The notes below the pieces were generated by a model. The model worked only from the letters and a program-made list of their open reading frames with translations. It searched no databases and was not told the origin of the DNA. Made by a program: the position numbers and the translations under genes. Shown piece by piece: positions 1 to 12,287 of a stretch of 64,000 bases of DNA. This DNA is from an uncultured Gemmatimonadales bacterium (GTDB lineage: Bacteria; Gemmatimonadota; Gemmatimonadetes; Palauibacterales; Palauibacteraceae): NCBI GenBank assembly GCA_963783385.1, contig CAWANJ010000009.1, positions 672,001-736,000 on the forward strand, written 5' to 3'. Each line of letters opens with the position of its first letter. Positions within the stretch are counted from its first letter, which is position 1.

Positions 1-1767
1 CGCCCAGCGTCCTCCAGCTCGCACAGCCACGCGCAGGCCATGCGCCACGGCTCGCGGATGGCGGCCTCGCCCCCGGGGAGCCGCACCGGCCAAAGGTGAC
101 CCACCCGCTCGGAGTCGGCGAGGTCTCCCAGCAGGAGCTCGCCGCCCCACACCGTTCCGTCCGTGCCGAACCCCGTGCCGTCGAAGATCGCCCCGAGGGC
201 CGGGCCCCGCTCCCCGTGCTCGGCCAGGCAGCCCACCAGGTGCGCGTGGTGGTGCTGGACGCCCACGAGCTCTGGGCCCGGGCGGCCAATCCCCCCGCGC
301 GCCGCCCGCTCCCTGGCGTAGCGCGTGGACAGGTACTCGGGATGCAGGTCGTGCACGATCACCTCGGGCTCGACCTCGAACAGCCGCTCCAGGTGGGCGA
401 TGCCCTCCTCGTAGGAGAGGAGCGTCTCGTAGTTCTCGAGGTCGCCGATGTGCGGGCCCACCCAGATCCGGCCGCCCCGGGCCAGCGAGAAGGTGTTCTT
501 GAGGTGCGCGCCGCACGCCACCAGCGGACGAGGCGTCGGCACCGGGAGCTCGGCCGGGGCCGGCACGAAGCCCCTCGAGCGCCGCAACATCATCGGACGT
601 CGTTCGCCCATCACGGTCACGACGCGCATCACGGAGTCGTCGGTGCGCGTCTCGATGGGCCGATCGTTCAGCAGGAAGAGGTCGGCGATGTCGGCCAGCC
701 GCCGCAGGGCTTCCTCGTCGCGGTAGCAGATGGGCTCGTGCGAGACGTTGCCGCTCGTCATGACGAGCGGCACGCCTGCGTCGGCCAGCAGCAGATGGTG
801 GAGCGGCGAATACGGAAGCAGCACGCCCAGGTCGTGGTGCCCGGGCGCCACCGCCTCGGCCACGGCCGCCCCCTCCCGCCTCCGGGCCAGCACGATGGGC
901 CGCTCGATGCCGGCGAGGAGCGCGGCCTCCTCCTCGCCCAGCTCGACCAGCTCGCGCGCCGCATCCAGGTCCGGGACCATGAGCGCGAACGGCTTGTCCT
1001 CCCGGTGTTTGCGGCCCCTGAGCCGCGCCACGACCGCTTCATCGTCGGCCCGGCAGGCCAGGTGGAAGCCCGCCCAGGCCCTTCACGGCCACGATGGCGC
1101 CCTCGAGCAGGGCGCTCGACCGCCGCCTCGACGGGGTCGCGGGCCTCGCCGGCGGGCACCGCTCGGCCGGCCGCGTCGGTCAGGAGTCACCGACGGACCG
1201 CAATCCGGGCAGGCGTTGGGCTGGGCGTGGAAGCGCCGGTTCGACGGGGTCCTCGTACTCGGCCCGGCAGGCGCTCGCACATCACGAACGAGGCCATCGT
1301 CGTCTGCGGACGATCGTACGGGATTCCGCGCACGATGGTGAACCGCGGGCCCGCAGTTCGTGCAGTTGATGAACGGGTAGCGGTAGCGGCGGTCGGCGGG
1401 GTCGAACAGCTCGCGTAGACAGTCCGTCGCAGGTGGCCGTATCGGGCGAGACCTGCGCCGTGGGCGCTCCGCCCGGATCGCTCGACCGGATCTCGAACCG
1501 GCGGGCGGCCTCGGGGGCCAGGTCCCGGAACTCGAGTCGCTCGATGCGGGCCAGGGGCGGCGCCTCGGCCGGCAGGCGCTCGACGAAGCGGCCGACGGCC
1601 CCGGCGATCCCTCGACCTCGATCTGCACGCCGCGTGCGTCGTTCAGGACCCAGCCCGCCAGTTCGAGCTCCGCGGCCAGCCGGTACACGTAGGGCCGGAA
1701 CCCCACGCCCTGCACGGTGCCCGTCCACGCGTACGGCAACGACGCGGAGGTCGACGAAGTCGCTCAT
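1..1767 (-). CDS. hypF: carbamoyltransferase HypF ([NiFe]-hydrogenase maturation); runs off the window; several frameshifts
   Basis: Motifs across frames: [80 protein letters not shown]; ATG at 1767. Confidence 0.92.
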
Positions 1768-1854
1768 AGGGGAAAACGTAGCTGGGTCCCGCCGCTCGGG
1801 CACCGGCCGTGGATCGTACCCGGCGCCACCGGGCACCGCGGCTCCGCGGCCGTC

Positions 1855-2492
1855 TCACGCCTCCGCGGCTCCGTCGACCGACCGGAGGCGGCGGAGGACC
1901 GTCCGCGGGAACGGCCGCCGCCCGCTCCCGTCCGGGAGCAGGTGGTCCTCGGGAAGGCTCAGCGTCCTGTCGACGAGCTTGTCGATCCCCTCCACCGTGA
2001 TCGCGAGCTGCCCGGTGTCGAGCACCTCGATCCAGCCGTGCTGCCGCATGTACCAGAGGGGAAACTGGAGGTGCTCGTTCGGGACGCCCAGCATGCGCTC
2101 GAGCGTGAGGACCCCCATCCCGCCCGACTCCGGGTCCCGCCTGCCGCTCCACGTAGAGCAGCGACAGGACCGCGTGCAGCGTCCGGCGGTCCTCCTCCCG
2201 GCCATCCGCGGCCGACTGCTGGTCGTAGATCTTCCACTGCAGCGTCCGCACCTCGTCGTAGGTCACGTCGTAGGCGGCCCGACGCTCCGGATCCGACAGC
2301 ACCTCGTAGGCGGCGTGCACCCGGCCGAACTTTTCACTGTCGCCCGTGGCCGCGTTGTCCGGGTGGTAGCGCTTGGCCAGGAGCCGGTAACACGCGTTCG
2401 ACCGTCTCCGCGCCGGCGCGAGGGCTCAGCTGCAGGACTTCGTAGTGGTCGACGAACGGCTGCTCCAAATCAGCCTCCTGGATCGAGGACAT
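1855..2492 (-). CDS. J-domain (DnaJ domain) protein with C-terminal winged-helix-like region; 2 apparent frameshifts
   Basis: [24 protein letters not shown] (HPD motif), [16 protein letters not shown]; C-terminus lies in ORF 1855..2205. Confidence 0.8.
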
Positions 2493-2519
2493 GTGCGCGA
2501 GTGGGGACGACCGGTCCAG

Positions 2520-2603
2520 TGCCGGAGGTGGGATTCGAACCCACAAGGGCTTTCGCCCAACGGATTTTGAGTCCGTCGCGTATGCCAGTTCCGCCACTCC
2601 GGC
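2520..2603 (-). tRNA. tRNA-Leu(CAA), CCA not encoded
   Basis: GCCGGAG acceptor stem, anticodon arm ACGGA-CTCAAAA-TCCGT, long variable arm GGGCGAAAGCCC, T-loop GTTCGAATC. Confidence 0.97.
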
Positions 2604-2803
2604 GCCGCGCCGCCGCCGGAGCGGGGGCCGCGACGGCCCGCCTGTCGGCGGACCGCACCCCGAAGATAGAGGCCCGACCCCGCGTCCACACCCCCGCTCC
2701 GACGGACCGCCGGACCGCTTCCCGGAGCGTGGGGGCGGTCCGGGTACACTTCATACGTTTGACAGCATTTCTGTATAGTTGTAATAAAGTACGATCGCTG
2801 TAT

Positions 2804-5800
2804 TCATATGATGCTCTTTCTAGTCACGATCCACCGGTAGGCGACCGGGATGGCGACCAGCACGAACAGGGTGCTGGACAGGAGGCCGCCGATCGTGGCC
2901 AGGGCGAGCGCGTTCCAGATGTTCGAGTCCTGGCTCCCGGCGAACAGGACGAGCGGCAGGAGGCCGAGGACCGTCGTGGCTGTGGTCATGAGGATGGGGC
3001 GCACCCGCTCCAGCGTGCCGCGCAGGATGGCCTCGCGGGTGCCCAGCCCCTCCCGCTCCCGGAGCTCCCCGATGTGGTAGACGACCAGGATGGCGTTGTT
3101 CACCACGATCCCGGTCATCATGATCGTCCCAATGTAGGCCGTGCGCGTGAACGAGGCGTCCGTGTAGAAGAAGACGAGGAACACCCCGATGAGGGCGAGC
3201 GGCAGGGTGAGGAGCACCACGAAGGGCGCCGCCAGCGACTCGAACAGGGCGGCCGTGGTCATGTAGATGAGGAGCACGGCGAAGCCGAGGGCCAGGTAGA
3301 CCTCGCCCTTCTGCTCCGAGGAGAGCCGGAAGGGCTCCTGCTTCTCGATCCGGTAGCCGGGCGGGAGCCGCATCGCGTCCAGCACCGCGTCCCGCTCCAC
3401 GTCGCCGAGCTTGCGGGGTCCGCGGAACTCCCACGCCACGGTGCGCCGGTACTGCTGGTCCTCGCGGACGATCCGCGCCAGGACCTCCTGCCGCCGCACG
3501 GTGGCCACGTCCCCCACATCGGCCTCGCGGCTCCCCGCCCCCCTCACCCGCAGCCCTTCCAGCCCCCGGACGTCGAGGTCCTGGTAGCCGGCCAGCTTCA
3601 CCTCGAGCGGGTACTCCCGGTCCCCCACGTGCACCTGTCCCCCCAGGGCGCCCCCCGGCGCGCTCCCGCTCACGTCGGCGCTCACGTAGTCGAGGAGGTC
3701 CTTCACGGACAGCCCGTAGCCGGCCAGGGCCGCGCGGCGCGGCGCGAGGGCGTACTCGAAGGCCCTGTCCTGCTCGTACCAGGCGCCGCTCGAGTTGGGA
3801 TCCACGTTGCGGATGCGGCTGAAGTGCTTCAGCCGCGCGGCGAGCTGGTCGGCGTAGTCCCGGAGGGCCAGGTAGTTGTAGCCGTACAGGTTCACCGAGT
3901 AGTTGGGGGGAGAGCCGCCGCCCCCGTAGAAGCTGGGCCCGTAGCCGTATACCCGGACGTCCACGCCGGAGAAGCCGTAGCTGTAGGCCACCATGCGCTG
4001 CTTGATGGCCACCGGCACCTGCGTGCGCTCCAGCGCCTTCGGGAAGGTGACCTTGATGAAGGCGTACTGGGGAAGGACGGTCGTCTCGTACCGCTTCACC
4101 TCGGGGAGCGTGGCGAGCTTCGCCTCGAACGAGCGGGTCAGCGCGTCGGTCCGCTCCAGGCCGGCTCCGCGCGGGAAGGTGATCTGGATCGAGATGTACG
4201 TCTGCTGGCCGAAGTAGCTGCTCCAGGTGATGCCCCGGGTGACGTGCGCGTCGAACAGCTTCCAGCTCCCCCACAGCGCCCCCGCGCACACGAGCACGAC
4301 CAGAACGGGGTGGTCCAGGGCCCCGGAGAGGAGCGCCCGGTAGCCGCGCACGTAGAAGGGAGAGGGCCGCCGGCCGGCCGGGCGCGGCGCGCCCTCGGCG
4401 CGCTCGTGCCTCCCGCCGCGTCGCGCCCGCCGCCCCGGTCGGGCCGGCCGTAGCCGTGCCGGGCGCCACGTCCCTCGCCGCGCTCCCCCGCCCTTCCCTC
4501 CAGCCTCCCAGCCGCGCCGCCATGGCGGGCACGAAGGTGAAGGCCACGAACAGGCTGGCCACGATCGAGAAGCCGACGGCGAAGGCGAGCGGCACGTAGT
4601 AGAGCCGGAGCTCCCCCTGCAGGAACAGGAAGGGGACGAGCACGATGGCCGTGGTGGCGGTGGAGGCGACCACGGGGAGGACGACCTGCCGGGCGCCCCG
4701 GATGGCCGCCTCGAGCCTCCCCTCTCCCGCCTCGCGCCGGCGCTCGACGTTCTCCAGCACCACGATGCCGTTGTCGACCACCAGCCCGAAGCCCCACGCC
4801 AGTCCGGCCAGGGTGAGGACGTTGAGGGAGAAGCCTCCCAGGTAGAGGCCGTTGACGGCGGCCAGCACGCTGAACGCGATCGTCCCGAACACGGTGAGCA
4901 CCGCCCCCAGCGAGCGCAGGAACAGCATGAGGACGAGGAAGATCACCGCGGCCGCGGCCAGCGCGCGCAGCCGGAGGTCGGAGAGCTGCGCCTTGATGTC
5001 CTGGCTCTGGTCCTGGTCCAGCTCCAGCGAGGCCCCGGGCGGGAGGAGCGTCGCGGAGCGAGTCCACCTCCGCCTTGACCCGGTCGGCCACGTCGATGGC
5101 GTTGGAGCCCGCCTGCCGGCCCACCTGGAGCGAGACGGTGGGCTGTCCGTCGATCCGGTGGTAGCTGGTGGCCGGCTCCTCCTCGAGGCGCACGCGCCCG
5201 ATGTCCCGGAGGCGCACGGCTCCCTGCGGGCGCGGGAGGACGACCAGCTCCTCGAGGTCGGCGACCGAGGCCGCGCGGGAGCGGATCGACAGGTCCAGGC
5301 GCCGGCCGGAGAGCACGACCGAGCCGGCCGGGCGGGCCTGGTCCAGGGCCAGGAGGCGGGAGCGCACCGCATCGGGCGTGAGCCCGTAGCCGGCCAGCCG
5401 GTCGGGGTCCAGCTCGACGGACAGCACCCGCCGGCGCCCCCCGGTCACCCGGGCGAAGGAGACGCCGTCCATGGACAGGAGCCGCGGCCGGACCTGGTCG
5501 CGCACGGCCTCGGCCAGGCGGGTGGCCGTGTAGGGCCCCCGGACCTGCCAGGAGAGGAAGGGCCGGGTCTGCTGGGAGAACTCGTCCGGCACGTAGGGCT
5601 CGACCGAGGTCGATGGCCCCGGCCGGGAGCTCGTCGTGGAGCGCGGCGACCCGTTCGCCCATGTCGAGCCGCGCGAACTCCATGCGGGTGCCGCGCGCGA
5701 ACTGCACGTCGATCTGGGCCGACGACCCGGTGCCCCGCGGGTCGGCCCGCGAGGTCGAGGTCACCTTGCGCACCCCACCCACCTGCTGGGCCGCCTCCTC

Positions 5801-5995
5801 CAGCGGCGCGGTGACCTGCGACTCGAGCAGCTCCGGCGAGGCGCCCGCCCAGCTCGCGGTCACGGTGAGGCGCGGGTAGCTCACCTCGGGCAGGAGCTCG
5901 ATCGGGATGAGCCGGAAGCTGTAGGCGCCCAGCGCCAGGAGGGCCGCGTACAGCGCCGCCGTGGCCACCGGCCGCCGGACCGAGAGCTCGATCAC
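2804..5995 (-). CDS. RND efflux permease (AcrB/AcrD/AcrF family), second copy; ~3 frameshifts
   Basis: N-terminus MIELSVRRPVAT..LLPEVSYPRL; TM4 GLVVDNGIVVLENV; GIVVNNAILVV; ERVRPILMTT; spread over ORFs 4943..5995, 4138..5592, 2820..5372, 2804..4351. Confidence 0.9.
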
Positions 5996-6010
5996 GCGTG
6001 AGCCTGGCGG

Positions 6011-9000
6011 TCACGCACGGGAGCCATCGGCCGGACCGGCCGGGCCGGCGGCGACACCCGTGGGGGCCACGCCCTCCCCCCGCCCCGCCACCAGCGAGTA
6101 GACGACCGGCACCACGATCAGGGTGAGGAGGGTCGAGGCGGTGAGCCCGCCGATCACGGCCACGGCGAGGGGCGCCCGCAGGTCCGCCCCGGCGCCCCAG
6201 CCGAGCGCCATGGGGAGGAGCCCGAACACCGTGGTCACCGTGGTCATGACGATGGGCCGCAGCCGCAGCCGGCCCGCCTCGAGGATGGCCGCCCGCAGGG
6301 TGAGCCCGGCGGAGCGCCGCTGGTTGATGAAGTCCACCTTGACGATGGCATCGTTCACCACGATGCCGATGAGGATCACGAGCCCGATGCCGCTCATCAC
6401 GTTGAGCCCGTCGCGGGCCACCCACAGGGCCGGCACCGCCCCGATGGCGGCCAGCGGCACGGCGATGAGCACGACGAGGGGCTGGCGCACCGACTCGAAC
6501 TGGGCGGCGAGGATGAGGTAGACGAGGAGGAGGGCGAGCCCGAACGCGAACAGGAGGGAGCGGAAGCTCGCGCGCATCTCCTCGTTCTCTCCCCCACCCG
6601 CACGCTGATCCCGGACGGAGCGTGCAGGCTCGCCAATCGGCTCCGTGCCTCCCCCACCGCGCGCGACAGCCCCGTCCCGGTCACGTCGGCCAGGACCTGG
6701 ACCGTACGCGCCTGGCCGTCGTGACGGATCTCGACCGGCGCGTAGTCGCGGTGCGCCCGCACCAGGGCCGAGAGCGGCACGCCTCCCACCGTGAGGCCGA
6801 GCACGTCGGGGAGGTCGGTGCGCGCGGCGGCCGGAAGCACCACCCGGATCCCGATCTTGCGGGAGAACTCGCTGTAGGGCCGGGTGGTCTGCGCGCCCCG
6901 CAGGTAGGCCTCCACCTGGTCGGCCACCTGGCGCACGGTGAGCCCGTAGCGGGCCACCGCGTCCCGGTCGATGTCGACGGCCAGCTCGGGCTGGGTGCGG
7001 CGAAGGTCGACGCGCGGGTCCGCGAAGTGCGGGCTCCCGGCCAGCCGCGCCCGCGCCGACTCGGCCACGGCCACGAGCTCGTCCAGCCGCTCGCCCTTCA
7101 CCTGGACGGCCAGGTCCGCCTCGCCGGCGCCCAGCGCCCGCCCCAGCGAGCTGGCCCGGCCCGTCTCGAAGGACACGTAGCGCGGGTCGACGCCGGCCGC
7201 CGCGATCCGGCGCCGCACCGAGGCCACGACGTCGCGGGCGGGCGGAGCCCCGGAGGCGAGCTGCACCTCGAGGGCCGCCGTGCTCACGCCGGACAGCTCG
7301 GTGGCCGCGACCTCGGAGCTCCGGGCCCGGCCGACCCGGGAGAACACGCTCTCGACTCCCCTCGTGTCCCGAAGGACGCCCTCGATGCGGGCCGCCGTCC
7401 TCGACGTCACCGGGAGGGGCGTGCCGGTCGGGAGCTGGAGGTCGACGCGGAAGGCGCCCTCGTTCACCCGCGGCATGAGGCTGCGCGGCAGCGTCTCCCC
7501 CAGCAGCACGGCCGCCACCAGGAGGCCGGCCGTCCAGCCGAGGACGACGCCGCGGTGCTCGAGCGACCACTCCAGGGCCGCCTCGTACCGGGCCGCGAAG
7601 CGGCGAAAGCGCCGGTCGAACGCCTCGAACACCGGCCTGGTGACCCGCGAGACGGCTCGCCCCGACGCATGGAACAGCTCCCGGTAGCTGTCCCGCACCG
7701 ACCCGCCCACGAAGCGGAGGCCGCGTGCGGCGGCCCGGCCCGCCGCATCGCTCCATCGCGCCACGACGCGGATCCCCCGGAAGATGCGTCCCCCCGGCGC
7801 GGGGAGCCGGCCCGGGGGCGGCGACCCGCCGCCCCCGGCGCTGCCGGCCGGCGGCGGCACGGGAGTTCCCGCCGTCTCCCGCGTCCCGGCACGACCGGCC
7901 GACCCCGGCCGCCCCGTCCGCGGGGCGGCCGCTCGCCGAACCGGGCCGCCATCACCGGGAGGAGGGTGAGGGCCACCAGGAGGGAGGCGAGGAGCGAGAA
8001 GGCCACGGCCAGCGACAGGTCGCCGAACAGCGCCCCCGCCACCCCCTTCACGTACAGGACCGGCCCGAACACGGCCACCGTGGTCAGCGTGGAGGCCGTG
8101 ATGGCGCCGGCCACCTCGCTGGCCCCGCGCGAGGCCGCCCGGCTGGGCGCCGGCCCCCTCCTCCTCCCGGTGCCGGAACACGTTTTCCAGCACGACGATC
8201 GAGTTGTCGACCAGCATCCCGACCCCGAGCGCCAGGCCGCCCAGCGACATGACGTTGAGGCTCACGTTCGCGAAATAGCACAGCGCGAACGCGGCCAGCA
8301 CCGAGATCGGGATCGAGAGGCCGATGGCCACCGGGTAGCGGGGATCCCGCAGGAACAGGAACAGGACCAGGAAGGCGAGCAGCCCGCCGAGGAGGAGCGA
8401 CTGCACCACGTTGGAGATCGCCTGGCGGATGAACACCGCCTGGCTCGAGGCCACGGTCAGGTGGATCCCCGGGATACTCGGAGCGGAGCTGGTCCAGCGT
8501 GGCCCGCACCTGGCCCGCCACCCGCACCGTGTTGGTGCCCGACTCCTTGTAGACCTGGAGGCCGATGGCCGGCTGGCCGTCGAAGCGCGACACCGTCTGC
8601 GCGTCGGCCACCGTGTCGAGCACGGTGGCCACCTGGTCGAGCCGCACCGCGGCCGGCGTCCCCGCGGAGCCGCCCCGGCCGCCGCTTCCCGGCCGGCCGC
8701 TCCCCGCCGCGCCGCTCCCGCGGCCCGCGGCTCCGCCTCCGGGCCCTCCCTCCGGGCCCACGGTCACCTCACGGAGCTGGTCCACGTCGGTGAACTGGCC
8801 CACGGTGCGCAGGCTGTACTGGAAGCGGCCCCGCCGGATCATGCCGCCGGGGGCGCTGTAGTTGGCCTGGTCCAGCGCGCTCGTGATGTCGGAGAGCGAC
8901 AGGCCGTGCGCCTGGAGGCGGCCTGGATCCACCACGACCCGGAGCTCCCGCTCGGGCGCCCCCGTCACGGCCGCCAGCGCCACCCCGTCCAGCTGCTCGA

Positions 9001-9487
9001 GGCGCCGCTTGAGCACCGTCTCGGAGAGCTGCGCCAGCGGCTCCAGCCCCTCGCCGGTGACCGCCACCGTGAGGATCGGGTCGCTGGTCGGGTCCGAGGT
9101 GAGGATGTCGGGCCGGTCGGCCGTCTCGGGGAGCGAGTTCCGGAGGTCCTCGAGCTGCTCGCGCACGTGCAGGGCGGCGAATTCCATGTCCGTCCCCCAC
9201 CCGAACTGGAGCCGCACGAGGGACTGGCCCTCGCGGGAGGTCGAGGTGACCCGGCGCACGCCCGGCACCCGGCCCAGCTGCTCCTCGATCGGGTCGGTCA
9301 CGTAGCGCTCCACCTCCGTCGGACCCGCCCCCCGGTAGGTGGTCCACACCGACAGCGTCGGGAAGGCGATGTCGGGGAGGAGGTCGATCGGGAGGCGCAC
9401 GAAGGAGACGATCCCGAGGACGGCCACGGCCACGTAGAACATCGACGTGGCCACCGGCCGCCGGATGGAGAGCTCCGGGAGGCTCAC
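6011..9487 (-). CDS. RND efflux permease (AcrB/AcrD/AcrF family), first copy; ~4 frameshifts
   Basis: GTG overlaps the TolC stop; LSIRRPVAT..LPIDLLPDIAFP; GMLVDNSIVVLENV; GIVVNDAIVKVD; RLRPIVMTT. Confidence 0.9.
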
Positions 9488-10875
9488 CGGCCGCCGCCCA
9501 CCAGCGCCTCGAGCCTGGCCCACGCCACCCGCGCGTCGTGGAGCTCCTGGGCGACGGCACGGTCGGCCGAGGTGGCCTGGTCGATCACCGACTGGAGTTC
9601 GATGAAGTTGAGCGTGCCCAGACGGAACTGTTCCCGGGCCAGCGCGACCCGCTGGCGCGACAGTTCGGCCACCTGTCGCTGGAGCCCCAGCCGATCCTGC
9701 CGGCGCTTGACCTCGGCCACCAGGTTCCGCACGTCCCGCTCGATCTCGTGGGACTTCTGGGCGTGGCTGGCCAGGGCCTGGTTCTCCGCCACGGCGGCCT
9801 GGGCGGCCTGCTGGTGGCGCGTAAAGCCGTTGAACAGGTTCCAGCGCGCCGACACGAAGAAGCCGTTGCTGTGGTCGCTGGGATTGAACGTGAAGAAGCT
9901 TCCCGACGGACCCAGCGCCTCGGAGCGCGAAAGATCGAGGCCCACGCTGATCGTGGGCAGGTACTGGCTGCGCGCCGACCACTCCCTGGAACTGGCGGCC
10001 GCTGCGTCGGCCTTGAAGGCGAGCAACGCCGGGTTCTCGCCGAGCGCCCGCCGAACGAGCGCGTCCGCATCGAGGGAATCGGCGTCCGGCAGCGAGCCGA
10101 CGTCGTGGAGGGCGATGCCCACGGGCAGCGTCCCGGGTCGACCCATGTCCACTTCCAGCTTCCTGACCGCGTCGCGGGCCGCACCGCGCGCGTCGGCCAA
10201 CGCCAGCTCCGCCTGACGCACCTGGACCTGCGCTCCGAGCAGATCGCTGCGGTCCACGGCTGCGATCTGGTACCGCCTCCGCGTCACGTCGAGGTCCTGG
10301 CGGCGCGCCTCAAGCTGGGCGGCCGCCATGTCGGCCAATCGCTGCTCGAGCAGGGCGGCGAAGTAGGACTGCTTCACGGTCGAGACCGCCGTCCGCTCCG
10401 CGTCAGTGAGCCGGAGTCCGGCGGCCCGACCCTCCGAGGCCGTCGCCCCGAGCTCGGCGAACCGTCGTCCACCCCGCAGGAGGTCCAGGCTGAACGAGAG
10501 ACCCTGGGAAGAGAACTGGGTCACCGAACTCACGTTCTGGGCGACCCGCCCCGGCACGCCAAGAGAGTCCTGGAAGGTCGCCCTCGTGGCACTGGTGCGA
10601 CTCAGCCTCAGATCGGCGGTGGCCGTCGGCAGGAACGCCCCCCATGCGGCCAGGCGGTCGGCGGCGGCACCGGACAGTGCGGCGCGCTTCGAGGCAATGT
10701 CGGGACTCTTCTGCAGCGCCCCCTGGATGGCGGCGCCCAGGGTCAGCGTGTCGGCGGGCGCCGAGCCCGAGTCGGCCACCGTCGGGGCCAGGCCCGGCGT
10801 ACCTTGCTGAGCGCTCACCGGCGCCGACAGGAGGAGGAGCGCGAGCCACGGCGCCACGGCGCTCCTCCTGGTCAT
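9484..10875 (-). CDS. TolC-family outer membrane efflux protein
   Basis: Signal peptide MTRRSAVAPWLALLLLSAPVSA; LTLGAAIQGALQKSP; two OEP-like repeats (AFLPT/QYLPT); ATGA overlap with the adaptor gene. Confidence 0.88.
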   Translation of the reverse strand: MTRRSAVAPWLALLLLSAPVSAQQGTPGLAPTVADSGSAPADTLTLGAAIQGALQKSPDIASKRAALSGAAADRLAAWGAFLPTATADLRLSRTSATRATFQDSLGVPGRVAQNVSSVTQFSSQGLSFSLDLLRGGRRFAELGATASEGRAAGLRLTDAERTAVSTVKQSYFAALLEQRLADMAAAQLEARRQDLDVTRRRYQIAAVDRSDLLGAQVQVRQAELALADARGAARDAVRKLEVDMGRPGTLPVGIALHDVGSLPDADSLDADALVRRALGENPALLAFKADAAAASSREWSARSQYLPTISVGLDLSRSEALGPSGSFFTFNPSDHSNGFFVSARWNLFNGFTRHQQAAQAAVAENQALASHAQKSHEIERDVRNLVAEVKRRQDRLGLQRQVAELSRQRVALAREQFRLGTLNFIELQSVIDQATSADRAVAQELHDARVAWARLEALVGGGR

Positions 10876-12212
10876 CGGCCAGCTCCGCTTGCGGCGCTCC
10901 GCCTGCCTCCACTGGCCGTGCTCCGGTCGCCGTCGGCGGCCGCGGTCGGACCACCTCCCCCGGCCGCCGTCCGGCCCGGTGCGCCAGCCGTCGCCCCACC
11001 ACCCCCGATCACCAGGCTGTCGGCGTTGGTGAGCCGCACCTTGGCGTCGTGCACCAGCGTCTCCTGCCCCTCGGTGAGCACGATCTCGCCGGGCGCCAGC
11101 ATCTCCTGGTTCGTGCCGGGCTCGGGCGGGAGGATCTCCACGTAGCGGTCGTTGGTGAGGCCCGTGTGCACGTACTTCCACTCGGCGCGGCCCGTGGCGC
11201 TCCCCGAGTCGTCGGGGGCGAACACGAACACCACGTCGCGCCGGTCTCGCTCCACCACCGCCTCGCGCGGCACGAACGTGCGCCCCGCGTACAGCTCGCC
11301 CGCGATTCGCACGCTCGCCGACATGCCGGGGACGATATGGGCGCGCGGGTTCTCGAGCCGCACCGTGACCCGCGCCGTGCGGCTGTCGGGATCGACCACC
11401 GGATTCACGGTGAGGAGGCGGCCGTGGAAGGTCTCGCCCGGCAGGGCCGAGAAGGTGGCCGTCGCCTCGCGGCCGGGCGCCAGGTGGGGGAGGTCGGTCT
11501 CCAGGACCCCGACCTCGACGTCGACCTCCGAGAGGTCGAGGACGGCGGCCACCGAGTCCCCCTGCCCCACGCGCGCCCCCGCCTGCACGGCCAGCCCCGC
11601 CACCATGCCCCGGAAGGGCGCCCGCAAGGTCGTGTGCTCGAGCTTGTAGCGCGCCTTGGCCACCTGGACCACCGCCCCGGCCAGGCCGCTCCGGATGCGG
11701 GCCTGCCGCCGCCGCTCTCGCCGCAGCGAGTCGTTCTGCATCTGCTCGTCGAACAGGGTCCGGTTCAGGTAGTCGGCCGCCGCCTTGGCGCTGTCCGCCT
11801 CCGCCTGCTCCAGGTCGAGCGCGTAGGTGGTCGTGTCGAGCCGCGCCAGCACCGCGCCCGCGGGGACGGCCTCTCCCTCCCGCACCGGCACCGCCAGCAC
11901 CTGGCCCTCGACCTGTTCGGTGCGGATCGTGGCCGACCGCCGCGGCTCGGCGCGCCCGTCCGCCTTCACCCACTCCACGAACGTGTCCTTCCGCACGGCT
12001 CCCCCGCGCACCGGCACGGCCACGTCGGCCGCGAACGCCGAGGAGGCGGCCTCCGAGCGGATGGCGGCCTTGACCGAGTCGGACCCGGAGGCGGCGTCCG
12101 TGCTGTCGGCGGCCGCGCCGGAAGCGCCGGCCCGGATCCGCCACAGCACGCCGCCCAGCAGGAGGACGAACACCAGGGTGACGACGAGCGCGACGACGTG
12201 GCGTGTCTTCAT
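10872..12212 (-). CDS. RND periplasmic adaptor (membrane fusion protein)
   Basis: N-terminal TM; VREGEAVPAGAVLARLD; TTLRAPFRGMV; VNPVVDPDSRT; PGMSASV. Confidence 0.92.
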   Translation of the reverse strand: MKTRHVVALVVTLVFVLLLGGVLWRIRAGASGAAADSTDAASGSDSVKAAIRSEAASSAFAADVAVPVRGGAVRKDTFVEWVKADGRAEPRRSATIRTEQVEGQVLAVPVREGEAVPAGAVLARLDTTTYALDLEQAEADSAKAAADYLNRTLFDEQMQNDSLRRERRRQARIRSGLAGAVVQVAKARYKLEHTTLRAPFRGMVAGLAVQAGARVGQGDSVAAVLDLSEVDVEVGVLETDLPHLAPGREATATFSALPGETFHGRLLTVNPVVDPDSRTARVTVRLENPRAHIVPGMSASVRIAGELYAGRTFVPREAVVERDRRDVVFVFAPDDSGSATGRAEWKYVHTGLTNDRYVEILPPEPGTNQEMLAPGEIVLTEGQETLVHDAKVRLTNADSLVIGGGGATAGAPGRTAAGGGGPTAAADGDRSTASGGRRSAASGAGR

Positions 12213-12287
12213 GGGCGGCGTCCCATCGTGGGGTCGGCTAGCAGGTCGGCTCGAACCTCGAACGTCCACGGAATCTTCAAGAATCCC

